64,000 nt of DNA from an uncultured Fibrobacteraceae bacterium (GTDB lineage Bacteria; Krumholzibacteriota; Krumholzibacteriia; LZORAL124-64-63). A program made the translations under genes and the position numbers. The notes under the pieces are model-generated. The model was not told the DNA's origin, ran no database searches, and saw only the letters and a list, made by a program, of their open reading frames with translations. Position 1 is the first letter of the stretch; each line of letters opens with the position of its first letter. Shown here in pieces: positions 37,201 through 46,090 of the stretch. Where the stretch lies: contig CAYYYS010000009.1 in assembly GCA_964476155.1 (NCBI GenBank), positions 18,147-82,146 on the forward strand, given 5' to 3'.

Positions 37201-37675
37201 TGGCCAGCGCGCGGGTGGTCTTGTCGACCTGGTAGGCGGCCTGGTCGTAGACAAAGGGCCAGGTCTCGCGGTCCGCGTTCTTGGGCATGGACGGCTGGGC
37301 CGGCATGATCAGGGTGTCGATACCCAGATCGGACAGCTTGACCGTGCGGGTGCGCACATCGCGCACTTCGACCCGGGCCGTGGCGCCCAGGGGCAGCGCG
37401 ACCAGTGTATTCATCATGGGGAGCTCGGGGGCACCTTCGGTCCGCGTGGCGTGGAAGCCGGGCAGAACGAGGCGGGTGAAGCCGCCGGCCTTGGTATCGA
37501 CCGCCATGGTCTGGATGTCACCAACCCGGAGATGGTACGTCAGGCCGCCGGTCTTCTGGTCGACCATGGTCATGGTGGAGGTCTCGCCGTCGATGGGTAT
37601 GACGCCCGCCTGGGCGAATCCCGCGGTCATGATGACGATCGTGGCCAGTAGGCCGATGAGCATGTGCTTGGGCAT
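34289..37675 (-). CDS. Secreted C25-family (gingipain-like) cysteine peptidase with C-terminal T9SS sorting domain.
   Basis: Signal peptide MPKHMLIGLLATIVIMTAGFAQA. Peptidase C25 catalytic His region YTAHGGQTNW and catalytic Cys region LAIGNCCLTG. Ig-like repeats. C-terminal NPFNPATEIVFAMPRAGDVTLDVIDVRGHQVRTL..GVYFARL. Confidence 0.8.
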   Translation of the reverse strand: MPKHMLIGLLATIVIMTAGFAQAGVIPIDGETSTMTMVDQKTGGLTYHLRVGDIQTMAVDTKAGGFTRLVLPGFHATRTEGAPELPMMNTLVALPLGATARVEVRDVRTRTVKLSDLGIDTLIMPAQPSMPKNADRETWPFVYDQAAYQVDKTTRALATVVPQGRLRAMDFGRLEFAPVTYRPGTGELEIVESAELEIIYEGGDNSAGGDLYARTASPFFDHLYSQLDGSRGLHDSYPDHVGDLVTMVIVTPPEFEYQLADFVNWKTQRGFNTILAVTGTPEVGSTTTSIQSYIQDLYDNATASQPAPSFVLFVGDVAQMPTYSVGGDATDRPYCTMDGDYVPDIYYGRFSATNASQLQAMIDKTLMYDQFTMSDPSYLGEVTLIAGVDYGYASTHGNGQINYGTDNYFNAAHGITSNTWLYPASSGSVDAAIVQTVSDGVAFINYTAHGGQTNWSDPSFTQSDINNLGNSEKYCLAIGNCCLTGTYDYGECFGETWLRAVDKGGIGYIGASNNTQWDEDFWWGAGSCPSGIIDGNIPFADTGVGAYDGIFHDHGEGMDLWYVTNDALIFSGNLAVQEAGSGSTQYYWNIYNLMGDPSLSTYMGVPSVNPVTVDAMGSTSLTVSASPGSYVGLSQGTTLVGGGTVGVTGTVVVDFLVTPDGGLPLHMVVTAQNMEPHIEDVLMASPAIDLSFTACSTTLESGATDTDALRISNLGEPDSQLNFSITYQAENPYEKADKSVAGSSVTCGQNEFLAGSTVDLDISVYNASTDVEWLTDAEITVPAGVTVNSATTLSGGTDPLLWTGTTGDGVTTNWHGTDGGSWGALRGGETATGTLNVTFDGSLTGEQTFGWFVQGDIYGSTPHDLSGTFSMTASGPSVTVTYPNGGESLAWGNDYAVTWDHAGDLSTVKIELSRNGGGTWETLVASTPNDGTETVTLAGPNTTTALIRVSSLDDAITDTSDAEFALFEMVTWLTVNPTEGTLPQNGYQNVDINYDATGIADGTYTAYVLIDHNCGGAPEVVTVTMIVETGTDADTPRVLTLNGNYPNPFNPATEIVFAMPRAGDVTLDVIDVRGHQVRTLHRGVMDSGRHTMSWNGTDENGRVVASGVYFARLRHDGDELTLKMLLTK

Positions 37676-37889
37676 TGGCTAGCTCCCTTGATTTGTCAGA
37701 TCTGTTTTTTGAATTCAGGCTCCGCTATTATATCGCCAATAAGTCACAAAACGATCACGGCTAGTTGATTGCGAAGTTAGCCATATTAAATGGATCAGGG
37801 ACGGCCTTACCTGTCTTTGACTCCAGTTAACCATGTGTTAATCTCGAGTTACGGGCATTATCCCAACCAGAGATGAGAGGAACCTGCAC

Positions 37890-38672
37890 ATGGGCGTGCA
37901 TACGTATCACAAACCGAAATCACTGACCGAGGCCGCGGATCTGCTGGCGGCCGACAAGACGTCGGCGATTATCGGTGGCGGCGCATACCTGAGACTGGGC
38001 GCCAGAAAGTTCGAGACGGCGATCGATCTCTTCGACGCCGGGCTGGATTATATCCGCGAAACCGACGCCGGGCTGGAAGTGGGGGCCATGGTCACCTACC
38101 GCAGGCTCGAGACCGATCCGCTGGTGCGGGCCTACGCCGACGGCGTGCTCGCCAAGGCGGTCGAACGGATCGTCGGCGTACAGATGCGCAACATCGTCAC
38201 CGTCGGCGGCACCGTTTTCGGGCGCTACGCCTTTTCGAATCTGACCACCGCCCTGCTCGCCCTCGATGCTGACGTGGTTCTCCATGGCGCGGGGCGTCTG
38301 CCCTTGTCCGAGTTCGTGTCGCGCAAGCCGGATCGCGGCGATATTCTCGGCGCGATCGTTCTGCCGCGAGAAGGGGGTCGCGCCGCCTGGCAGGACCTGT
38401 CGCGCACTCGCAACGACTATGCCGTGCTGAACGTGTGCGTGGCCGGGAGTGATGAACCGCGTGTGGTCGTGGGCGCCCGTCCCGGCGTAGCACGTCTTTG
38501 CCCCGATGCTTCGGCCGCCATGGCCGCTGGTGGCGACGACGCTCCCGCGCGAGCCGGCGAAGCCGCTGCCGCCGAACTGGACTTCGGTGACGACCTGCGC
38601 GCGTCGGCCGACTATCGCCGTCAGCTGTGTCGAGTGCTGGTGGAACGCGCCGTGAAGGAGGTGCTGTCATGA
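37890..38672 (+). CDS. Molybdopterin dehydrogenase FAD-binding subunit (CoxM/XdhB-like).
   Basis: FAD-binding domain pattern AIIGGGAYL, TVGGT, CODH_C-like C-terminus. First gene of the operon; stop overlaps the next start. Confidence 0.85.
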   Translation: MGVHTYHKPKSLTEAADLLAADKTSAIIGGGAYLRLGARKFETAIDLFDAGLDYIRETDAGLEVGAMVTYRRLETDPLVRAYADGVLAKAVERIVGVQMRNIVTVGGTVFGRYAFSNLTTALLALDADVVLHGAGRLPLSEFVSRKPDRGDILGAIVLPREGGRAAWQDLSRTRNDYAVLNVCVAGSDEPRVVVGARPGVARLCPDASAAMAAGGDDAPARAGEAAAAELDFGDDLRASADYRRQLCRVLVERAVKEVLS

Positions 38673-39121
38673 TCATCCGCTTCGAATTGAACGGACGCAG
38701 CGCGGCCTGGGAGGTGGCGCCGGGCGAGACCCTGCTCGAAGCCTTGCGGCGCCACGAGATCACCAGCGTCAAGCATGGCTGCGATACCGCGTCCTGCGGC
38801 ACCTGCACCGTGTTGTTGGACGGCAAGCCGGTACCCTCTTGCGCCGTGCCCGCCGGTCGCGTCGACGGCCACGCGCTGTTGACGGTGGAGGGCGTGCCCG
38901 ACACGGCGCGCCGACTGGGTGAACACATGGCCGCCGAGGGCGCCGACCAGTGCGGCTTCTGCAGCCCCGGTCTAGTCATGTCCATGATCGCCATGGTCGA
39001 GGAATTGAACGATCCCACCGACGATGAAATCAACGCCTATCTGGCCGGCAACCTGTGCCGTTGCTCGGGCTACGTGAGCCAGACGCGGGCGATTCGCCGG
39101 TACCTGGAGGTGACGTCGTGA
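38669..39121 (+). CDS. (2Fe-2S)-binding subunit of Mo-hydroxylase (CoxS/XdhC-small-like).
   Basis: CGTCTV, CGFCSPG, CRCSGY cysteine motifs. ATGA overlap with the upstream stop. Confidence 0.88.
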   Translation: MIIRFELNGRSAAWEVAPGETLLEALRRHEITSVKHGCDTASCGTCTVLLDGKPVPSCAVPAGRVDGHALLTVEGVPDTARRLGEHMAAEGADQCGFCSPGLVMSMIAMVEELNDPTDDEINAYLAGNLCRCSGYVSQTRAIRRYLEVTS

Positions 39122-41421
39122 GTGAAGTTGGACGCAGCCTCCCCAAGATCGACGGCGTGGGCCTGGTCATGGGACGCCCCGCCTACGCGGACGACCTGGC
39201 GCCCCGCGACGCCCTGGTCGTAAAAGCCCTGCGCAGTCCCCATGCTTTTGCGCGTATCGTGTCCATCGACACGACGGCCGCCGCGGCCATGCCCGGCGTC
39301 CACTGCGTGCTGACCTGGCGCGACGTGCCGCGCGTGGCCATCACGCGGGCCGGACAGGGACATCCCGAACCCTCGCCGCGAGACCGGTTCATCCTGGACG
39401 AGTTCGTGCGCCACGTGGGGGACGAGGCCGCCGCCGTGGCCGCCGCCACCGAGGCCGAGGCCGACGCCGCGCTGGCGGCTATCGCGATCGAGTATGAGGT
39501 ACTTGATCCTGTCCTCGATTTCGAGTCGTCCGAGGGGCACGCCTCGATTCTGCATCCGGAGTCGGAGGCCCACGAGAACTTCCCCATCGGTTTCGATCCG
39601 GCCAACAACGTGGCCAGCGCCTACGCCATGAACGTGGCGGATGTGGACGCCGTGGTCGACGGGGCCGAGGTTGTTCTGCGTCGAACCTATTACACCCAGG
39701 CCCAGCAGCACGTGGCCCTGGAGCCCATGGCCTGCTCGACCTGGCTCGACCTGCACGGTCGGCTGAACGTGATCTCGTCGACCCAGACGCCCTGGCACGT
39801 GCGTCGTATCATGGCGCGCGCCCTGGAAATTCCGGTCAAGGACATCCGCGTCAACAAGCCGCGCATCGGCGGCGGTTTCGGCGGCAAGCAGATGATCCAC
39901 GGCGAGCTGCTCTGTGGCCTGTCGACCCTGCGCACGGGACGACCGACCAAGATGGTCTACTCGCGCCGCGAGGTCTTCGACGCCACCAACACGCGCCATC
40001 CCATGCGCCTCGACATGACCGTGGCCGCCGATCGCGACGGTCGACTGCGGGCCATCGACATGCAGATCCTGTCGGACACGGGGGCCTACGGTGAGCATGC
40101 GTTGACGGTCTTCATGATCGCCGGTGCCAAGACACTCCCCCTGTACAACAAAGTCGACGCGGTGCGCTTCGGTGGAAAAACGGTGTACAGCAACCACGTC
40201 CCCGGCGGCGCCTTCCGCGGCTACGGCGCGATCCAGGGCAACTACGCCCTGGAGTCGGTGCTGGCCGAACTGGCCCACGAGCTGGGTCTGGATCCCATCG
40301 CCCTGCGCGAGATGAACATGATCGGCGAGGGGGAGACGTCGCCTATCTTCGCCATCATGGGCGAAGGCACCGAGGGTCGCGCGCAGACCGTCGACAGCTG
40401 CAAGCTGCCCGAGTGCGTCCGGCGCGGTCGCGAGATGATCGGCTGGGACGACAAGTATCCCCGCCGGGACGCCGGACCGGACAAGGTGCGCGGCGTGGGC
40501 ATGGCGCTGGCCATGCAGGGCTCGGGTATCCCGGGCATCGACATGGCGTCGGCCACGCTCAAGCTCAACGACTTCGGCTCGTTCAACCTGCTGATCGGCG
40601 CGACCGACCTGGGCACCGGCAGCGACACTATCCTGGCGCAGATCGCCGCCGATGATCTGGGCGTGACCACCGACAAGATCATCGTCTACTCGAGCGACAC
40701 CGACCGGACGCCCTTCGACACGGGTGCCTACGCGTCGAGCACCACCTACGTTTCGGGCCACGCCGTGCGCGAGGCGGCGGCGATGATGAAAGCGGCCCTG
40801 GTCGAGGAAGGCGCCCGCTCCCTGGGCTGCAACCCGTCCGATGCCGCCTTCGACGGCGAAACGGTACGCGGCCCCGATGGCGAGATCAGCCTGGAGGACC
40901 TGTCCACGCACCTGCTTTACAGCGAGCACCAGAAACAGCTCTGCGTGACGGGCAGTCACTTGTGCGAGAAATCGCCGCCGCCCTACATGGCGGGCTTCGC
41001 CGAAGTGGAAGTGGACACCGCCACCGGCCAGGTGACGTTGCTCGACTACGTGGCGATCGTCGACTGCGGCAACGCCATCAACCCCAACCTGGCAAAGGTG
41101 CAGGTGGAGGGTGGTCTGGCCCAGGGTGTCGGCATGGCGTTGACCGAGGAGGTGCGCTACGGCAAGCGCGGCCACCTGCGGACCAACGACATGATGACCT
41201 ACAAGATCCCGTCCCGCGAGGATGTGCCGAGTCTGCGCGTGGAACTGGTTGACAGCCACGAACCCAGCGGTCCCCACGGTGCCAAGTCCGTGGGCGAGAT
41301 CGGTATCGACACACCGCCGGCGGTCATCGCCAACGCCGTCTTCAATGCGGTGGGCGTGCGGATACGCGATCTGCCCATCACTCCCGAGAAGGTGCTGAAG
41401 GCACTCGGCAAAAAGGAGTGA
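39118..41421 (+). CDS. Xanthine dehydrogenase family molybdopterin-binding large subunit.
   Basis: IGGGFGGK motif, aldehyde oxidase/xanthine dehydrogenase a/b hammerhead and MoCo-binding regions. GTG start overlapping the preceding TGA (GTGA). Confidence 0.88.
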   Translation: MSEVGRSLPKIDGVGLVMGRPAYADDLAPRDALVVKALRSPHAFARIVSIDTTAAAAMPGVHCVLTWRDVPRVAITRAGQGHPEPSPRDRFILDEFVRHVGDEAAAVAAATEAEADAALAAIAIEYEVLDPVLDFESSEGHASILHPESEAHENFPIGFDPANNVASAYAMNVADVDAVVDGAEVVLRRTYYTQAQQHVALEPMACSTWLDLHGRLNVISSTQTPWHVRRIMARALEIPVKDIRVNKPRIGGGFGGKQMIHGELLCGLSTLRTGRPTKMVYSRREVFDATNTRHPMRLDMTVAADRDGRLRAIDMQILSDTGAYGEHALTVFMIAGAKTLPLYNKVDAVRFGGKTVYSNHVPGGAFRGYGAIQGNYALESVLAELAHELGLDPIALREMNMIGEGETSPIFAIMGEGTEGRAQTVDSCKLPECVRRGREMIGWDDKYPRRDAGPDKVRGVGMALAMQGSGIPGIDMASATLKLNDFGSFNLLIGATDLGTGSDTILAQIAADDLGVTTDKIIVYSSDTDRTPFDTGAYASSTTYVSGHAVREAAAMMKAALVEEGARSLGCNPSDAAFDGETVRGPDGEISLEDLSTHLLYSEHQKQLCVTGSHLCEKSPPPYMAGFAEVEVDTATGQVTLLDYVAIVDCGNAINPNLAKVQVEGGLAQGVGMALTEEVRYGKRGHLRTNDMMTYKIPSREDVPSLRVELVDSHEPSGPHGAKSVGEIGIDTPPAVIANAVFNAVGVRIRDLPITPEKVLKALGKKE

Positions 41422-41425
41422 GGTC

Positions 41426-43615
41426 GTGACTGAACACCGCCACGTCGGTCGCGGACTCGACAGGTGCGACGCCTGGGACAAGGTGACCGGCCGAACCCGT
41501 TTTCTGGCGGACATCCCCCGGCCCGACGCCTGGTTCGGCGCCGCGTTGCCGTCGCCGGTCGCCCGCGGCCGGTTGCTTGGGATCGACCGTGATCCCGGCT
41601 TCGACTGGTCGCGCGTGACGGTCATAACCGCCGCCGACCTGCCCGGACCCAACTGCGTGGCCATGATCCACGAGGACCTGCCGCTGCTGGCCGACCCCGA
41701 CATCAATTTCGTGACCCAGGCGTTGGCCCTGGTGGCCGCTCCCGATCGCGGGACGCTCGCCGCGGCCCTGTCCGCCCTCACGCCCGACATAGAGGCGCGC
41801 CCGCCGCTGCTCACAGTGGAACAGGCTCTCGCCGGTGACGACGTGATCTGGGGCGAGGACAACATCATCTCCGACTACCTGATCGAATCGGGCGACGTGG
41901 ACGCGGCCCTCGCCGCGGCCGACTGGGTCGTCGAAGGGGTCTACCGCACCGGCTACCAGGAACACATCTACCTGGAACCCCAAGGTGTGATCGCCACGCC
42001 TCGCGACGACGGCGGCGTGGAAATCCTCGGTTCGATGCAGTGTCCGTTCTACGTGCACAACGCCCTGGCTCGCGGCCTGGGTGTGGACCGCGACCGCATC
42101 GTGGTGCGTCAGTCGCCCACCGGCGGGGCGTTTGGCGGCAAGGAAGACTACCCGTCCATCATGGCGCTGCAGACGGCGGTCCTGGCGCTTGAATGCGGCC
42201 GGCCGGTGTCGATGATCTACGACCGTCACGAAGACATCGTGCTCACGACCAAGCGACATCCCGCGGTGGTGCGTCATCGTACGGGCGTCGATCCCAAGAG
42301 CGGCCGACTCGTAGCCGCGGACATCGACGTGATTATCGACGCGGGTGCTTTCACCACCATGAGTCCCGTTGTTTTGTCGAGGGCGATCCTGCACGCCGTC
42401 GGCACCTACTTCGTACCCGTCGCGCGAATCCGAGGGCGGGCCGTGGCCACCAACACGCCGCCCAACGGCGCTTTCCGCGGTTTCGGTGTGCCCCAGTCCA
42501 TCTTTGCCGCCGAACGACACATGGACCGCATCGCCCGGGAGCTGGGCCTTGATCCCCGGGACCTGCGCCGCACGAACATCCTGCAGCCCGGCGACACCTT
42601 CCCCTTCGGCCAGACGTTGCGGGAGGATGACGTGGCCGCCGAACTCGTCTACGAACGGGCCCTCGCGATCTCCCGCTTCGACGAGCGACGGGAGGCGGCC
42701 CGAGTCACCAATGAGACCATCCGCTCCGACGGCGCGGTTGTGCGTCGAGGCGTGGGCTCGGCCTTGGTCTTCCACGGCGGCGGTTTTACCGGCGACGGGG
42801 AGACGCGCATTGCCGCCGAGGTCAAGGTGCGGCGCGAGACCGACGGCACGGTCACCCTGCTGCTCGGCAGCGTGGAAATGGGCCAGGGCGCCGAAACCGT
42901 CCTGCCCATGATCGCGGCCGAAGCCCTGGACATGCCCCTCGAAAAGATCACCTATCATCAGCCCGACACCGGCGTGGTGGCCGACAGCGGTCCCACCGTG
43001 GCGTCGCGGACCACCATGGTCGTGGGCCGCATTCTGGTGCAGGCCTGCCGCAACCTGGTCGAGCGCGAGGCCGCAGGCGCCGCGGCGCCCTGCGAGGCGA
43101 CCGCCCGCTACGAGCCCGATCCCGAAATGGCCTGGGACCAGGACCGCTACCAGGGCTACGCCTACCAGGGGTACGCCTGGGGCGCGGCCGTGGTGGAGGT
43201 GGAGGTGGACACGGATACGCTCGAGGTGCGGCCGCTCCACTGCACGGTGGTCGTCGAGATCGGCCGGGCCATCAACCCCGTGCTCTGCGTGGGGCAGGTG
43301 GAGGGCGGCGTGTTGCAGGGACTGGCCTGGGGCTCGCTGGAAGAAGTGAAGACCGAAGGCGGCCGCTACCTGAACGACCGCATGGCCACGTACATCATTC
43401 CCACCTGCCTGGACGCGCCCGACTTCCAGGTGGAGATGGCCGAGGTGCCGTCGCCGCGCGGGGCGTACGGCGCCAAGGGACTGGGCGAGATGCCCATGAA
43501 CGTGGGCGCGCCGGCCCTGGCGTCGGCCGTCGAGGACGCGCTCGGTTTCGCCGGTGACGAGATTCCGCTCACCCCTGAACGTCTCATGGAAAACGGGCCG
43601 GAGGTGTCATCGTGA
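41426..43615 (+). CDS. Second xanthine dehydrogenase family molybdopterin-binding large subunit (paralogous to the preceding gene).
   Basis: TGGAFGGKEDYPS motif and MoCo-binding domain. AAAGGAG RBS and GTG start. Confidence 0.88.
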   Translation: MTEHRHVGRGLDRCDAWDKVTGRTRFLADIPRPDAWFGAALPSPVARGRLLGIDRDPGFDWSRVTVITAADLPGPNCVAMIHEDLPLLADPDINFVTQALALVAAPDRGTLAAALSALTPDIEARPPLLTVEQALAGDDVIWGEDNIISDYLIESGDVDAALAAADWVVEGVYRTGYQEHIYLEPQGVIATPRDDGGVEILGSMQCPFYVHNALARGLGVDRDRIVVRQSPTGGAFGGKEDYPSIMALQTAVLALECGRPVSMIYDRHEDIVLTTKRHPAVVRHRTGVDPKSGRLVAADIDVIIDAGAFTTMSPVVLSRAILHAVGTYFVPVARIRGRAVATNTPPNGAFRGFGVPQSIFAAERHMDRIARELGLDPRDLRRTNILQPGDTFPFGQTLREDDVAAELVYERALAISRFDERREAARVTNETIRSDGAVVRRGVGSALVFHGGGFTGDGETRIAAEVKVRRETDGTVTLLLGSVEMGQGAETVLPMIAAEALDMPLEKITYHQPDTGVVADSGPTVASRTTMVVGRILVQACRNLVEREAAGAAAPCEATARYEPDPEMAWDQDRYQGYAYQGYAWGAAVVEVEVDTDTLEVRPLHCTVVVEIGRAINPVLCVGQVEGGVLQGLAWGSLEEVKTEGGRYLNDRMATYIIPTCLDAPDFQVEMAEVPSPRGAYGAKGLGEMPMNVGAPALASAVEDALGFAGDEIPLTPERLMENGPEVSS

Positions 43616-44994
43616 AGATCACCCTGACGGTCAACGAACAACGCTACGACCTGGACGTGCAGCCCTTGCGCCGACTGCTCGACGTACTGCGCGAGGACAT
43701 CGGCCTGACCGGCGCCAAAGAAGGCTGCGGCGAGGGGGAGTGCGGCGCCTGCGCCGTGATCCTGGATGGCAAACTCGTCAACGCCTGCCAGGTACCCGTC
43801 TACCATGCCCATGGTCGGTGTCTGCGGACGATCGAAGGCCTGGGTACACCGGAGGATCCCGATCCCGTGCAGGCGGGATTCGTGCAGACCGGTGGCGTGC
43901 AGTGCGGTTTTTGCACCCCGGGGCTGATCATGGCGTCGCGCGCGTTGCTGAACGAAAATCCCGCACCGAGCACCATGGAGATCCGCACTGCCTTGTCCGG
44001 CAATCTCTGTCGCTGCACGGGCTATGGGCGCGTTGTCGAGGCGGTCCATTGGGCCACGTTGCACGAAGGCGGGGATGTATCGGAGCCGGCTGCACCGACA
44101 CCGGTCACGGCGCCCGTGGCTTCGCCCGACGACCAGGCGGTTGTCCATTTGCCCGAATCGCTTGATGCGGCCCTGGATATTCTGGCCGGAGCCAACGGCG
44201 AGACGACGGTCGTCGCGGGCGCCACGGACCTGTCCGTGTTGATGCACCTGGGGCTGGTCCGTCCCACGGTCGTGCTTGATTTGTCGGGCGTGTCCGAACT
44301 GCAGCGCATCGAGGAAGAGGACAGTCATGTGGTTGTCGGAGCCGCGGTCACTTTTACCGACCTGATCCATTCCCCACTAGTCAATCGGGATCTGCCGTCC
44401 CTGGCCGAAGCGGCCCGTCTGGTCGGCGCGCCGGCGGTACAGAACGTGGGCACCATCGGCGGCAACCTGGTCAACGCGTCACCCGGCGCCGACGCCGTGC
44501 CGCCCTTGTTGGCGTTGGACGCCGTGGTTCGCATCGCTTCGAGCCGAGGCACGCGTGAAGTGCCCGTCGACGCTTTCTACCTGGACTACCGATCCTGCGA
44601 TTTGCAGCCGGACGAACTGGTCACGTCGGTGGCCGTCCCCATGCTCCACGACCGCATGAAGCAGGCCTTCTACAAGGCCGGCACAAGACGGGCCCAGTCC
44701 ATCGCGCGGGTGAACCTGGCGTGCCGCGGACGCCTCGACAAGCTCAACTGTTTGCGTGATGTGCGCCTGGCCGCGGGCAGCGTGGCGCCGACCACCCTGC
44801 TGCTGCGCGAGACCATGGATTGGCTCGAGGGCCGCCAGCTCACACCGCAGGATCTCGGCGAGACCACCCGCGAGGCCGCCGCCGTGGCCGCGCGCGAAGT
44901 GACACCTATCGATGATGTGCGCGCCACGGCCGAGTACCGCCGCACGGTGACCGGGAATCTGGTCGCGCGGTTTTTGCGGTCACTGGTTCTTTAG
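43612..44994 (+). CDS. Fused (2Fe-2S)-binding / FAD-binding Mo-hydroxylase subunit (XdhA-like small-medium fusion).
   Basis: N-terminal CGEGECGAC, CGFCTPG, CRCTGY. C-terminal FAD-binding GATDL, GTIGGNL. GTGA start/stop overlap with the upstream gene. Confidence 0.85.
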   Translation: MKITLTVNEQRYDLDVQPLRRLLDVLREDIGLTGAKEGCGEGECGACAVILDGKLVNACQVPVYHAHGRCLRTIEGLGTPEDPDPVQAGFVQTGGVQCGFCTPGLIMASRALLNENPAPSTMEIRTALSGNLCRCTGYGRVVEAVHWATLHEGGDVSEPAAPTPVTAPVASPDDQAVVHLPESLDAALDILAGANGETTVVAGATDLSVLMHLGLVRPTVVLDLSGVSELQRIEEEDSHVVVGAAVTFTDLIHSPLVNRDLPSLAEAARLVGAPAVQNVGTIGGNLVNASPGADAVPPLLALDAVVRIASSRGTREVPVDAFYLDYRSCDLQPDELVTSVAVPMLHDRMKQAFYKAGTRRAQSIARVNLACRGRLDKLNCLRDVRLAAGSVAPTTLLLRETMDWLEGRQLTPQDLGETTREAAAVAAREVTPIDDVRATAEYRRTVTGNLVARFLRSLVL

Positions 44995-45832
44995 CGGGCC
45001 GATGGATCAGCTGATGGCAGCTCGAGCATAACACCTGAAGATTGTCCGCTTCATTACCGCCGCCCAGCGATCGTGGGCGACGGTGGTGAACCTCCAGAAA
45101 GCGCGTTCGCCCGCAGCCTGGTGTTTCGCAGCGGTGGCTGGCGTGGATCATGGCAGCTTGGCGGGTTTTCGGTGGAATAGTCGAACGGTTAGGCTTGCCG
45201 GGCTCCTGGATGACGGCATCACATTGCACGACCTCGGTTGATATGGGCTTGGGACCACGGTCGGTTTGCACCTCGGACTTTCCACACTTTTTACACGTGT
45301 AAACGACGACTTGATAAGGCGGGCTGGAGACGGCCTTTGTTTCGGACCTTTGCGCAAGTTTCTCCGCAAAGTCGTTCAGCGCGGCGAGCAACAATTCGGC
45401 GCGGTCCATTCCTTTTACAGTCGAGCCTTTTCGGTTGCCTAGTTTGCGGATCGTTTCGAACAAGGCTTCATGACGGGCGTATTGTTCGGTTGTGAGTTTT
45501 GTATTCACCGAGACCGGAGCGTCCGTGGGTAGCGTCGGTGATGGTTCGTCCAAATCCAGCGCAGGCAGCTCCGCAACTTGTGGCGCCTGGCGAGCCCGCT
45601 TGCGAGTTGCTCTTACTGTCTGCTCCAACTTGCGACTGCTCGATCGCTCCGCTTCGGCGATCCAACGTTCTTCACTTTCGGGCGTCGCCACCTTGGCCAC
45701 CTCCCGCGCCTTGGTCCAACCCAAATCACCGGCCGCCACCGATCGACGCAGTTGTGGCCACATGGCCGGGGCATCATCTTGGGCGAGAACCAGAACAGAC
45801 GGATCATTAGGATATCCTCTCCTGAGTGTCAC
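44906..45832 (-). CDS. HNH endonuclease, DUF222-type (13E12-repeat-family-like). Likely a selfish/mobile gene.
   Basis: C-terminal HRCETPGCGRTRFLEVHHRRPRSLGGGNEADNLQVLCSSCHQLIH HNH signature. Helical N-terminus as in DUF222. The 3' end overlaps the convergent xdh gene by ~89 bp. AT-rich patch upstream. Confidence 0.7.
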   Translation of the reverse strand: MTLRRGYPNDPSVLVLAQDDAPAMWPQLRRSVAAGDLGWTKAREVAKVATPESEERWIAEAERSSSRKLEQTVRATRKRARQAPQVAELPALDLDEPSPTLPTDAPVSVNTKLTTEQYARHEALFETIRKLGNRKGSTVKGMDRAELLLAALNDFAEKLAQRSETKAVSSPPYQVVVYTCKKCGKSEVQTDRGPKPISTEVVQCDAVIQEPGKPNRSTIPPKTRQAAMIHASHRCETPGCGRTRFLEVHHRRPRSLGGGNEADNLQVLCSSCHQLIHRPAKEPVTAKTARPDSRSPCGGTRPWRAHHR

Positions 45833-46090
45833 ACACGATCGACGCTCCTACATCGGGTCGTCCGCGCTTGAGACAAGACCTCTCGCGAGGAAGTCACATG
45901 GAAAATGAATGAAAGCTCATTTATTATTCCCGGATAATGGAATATCATGTAACACATAGATTAGACTGTATTTAGCAAGTCGACTGGGGGTGTCCGTGGG
46001 ACCATGGGCATGGCTAAAGCCGTCGAGAGGGAAGATGACATGACTATTGTCGTGGTGGCGGGAAGCAGGTTTGTGACGCGGGGACGGATT

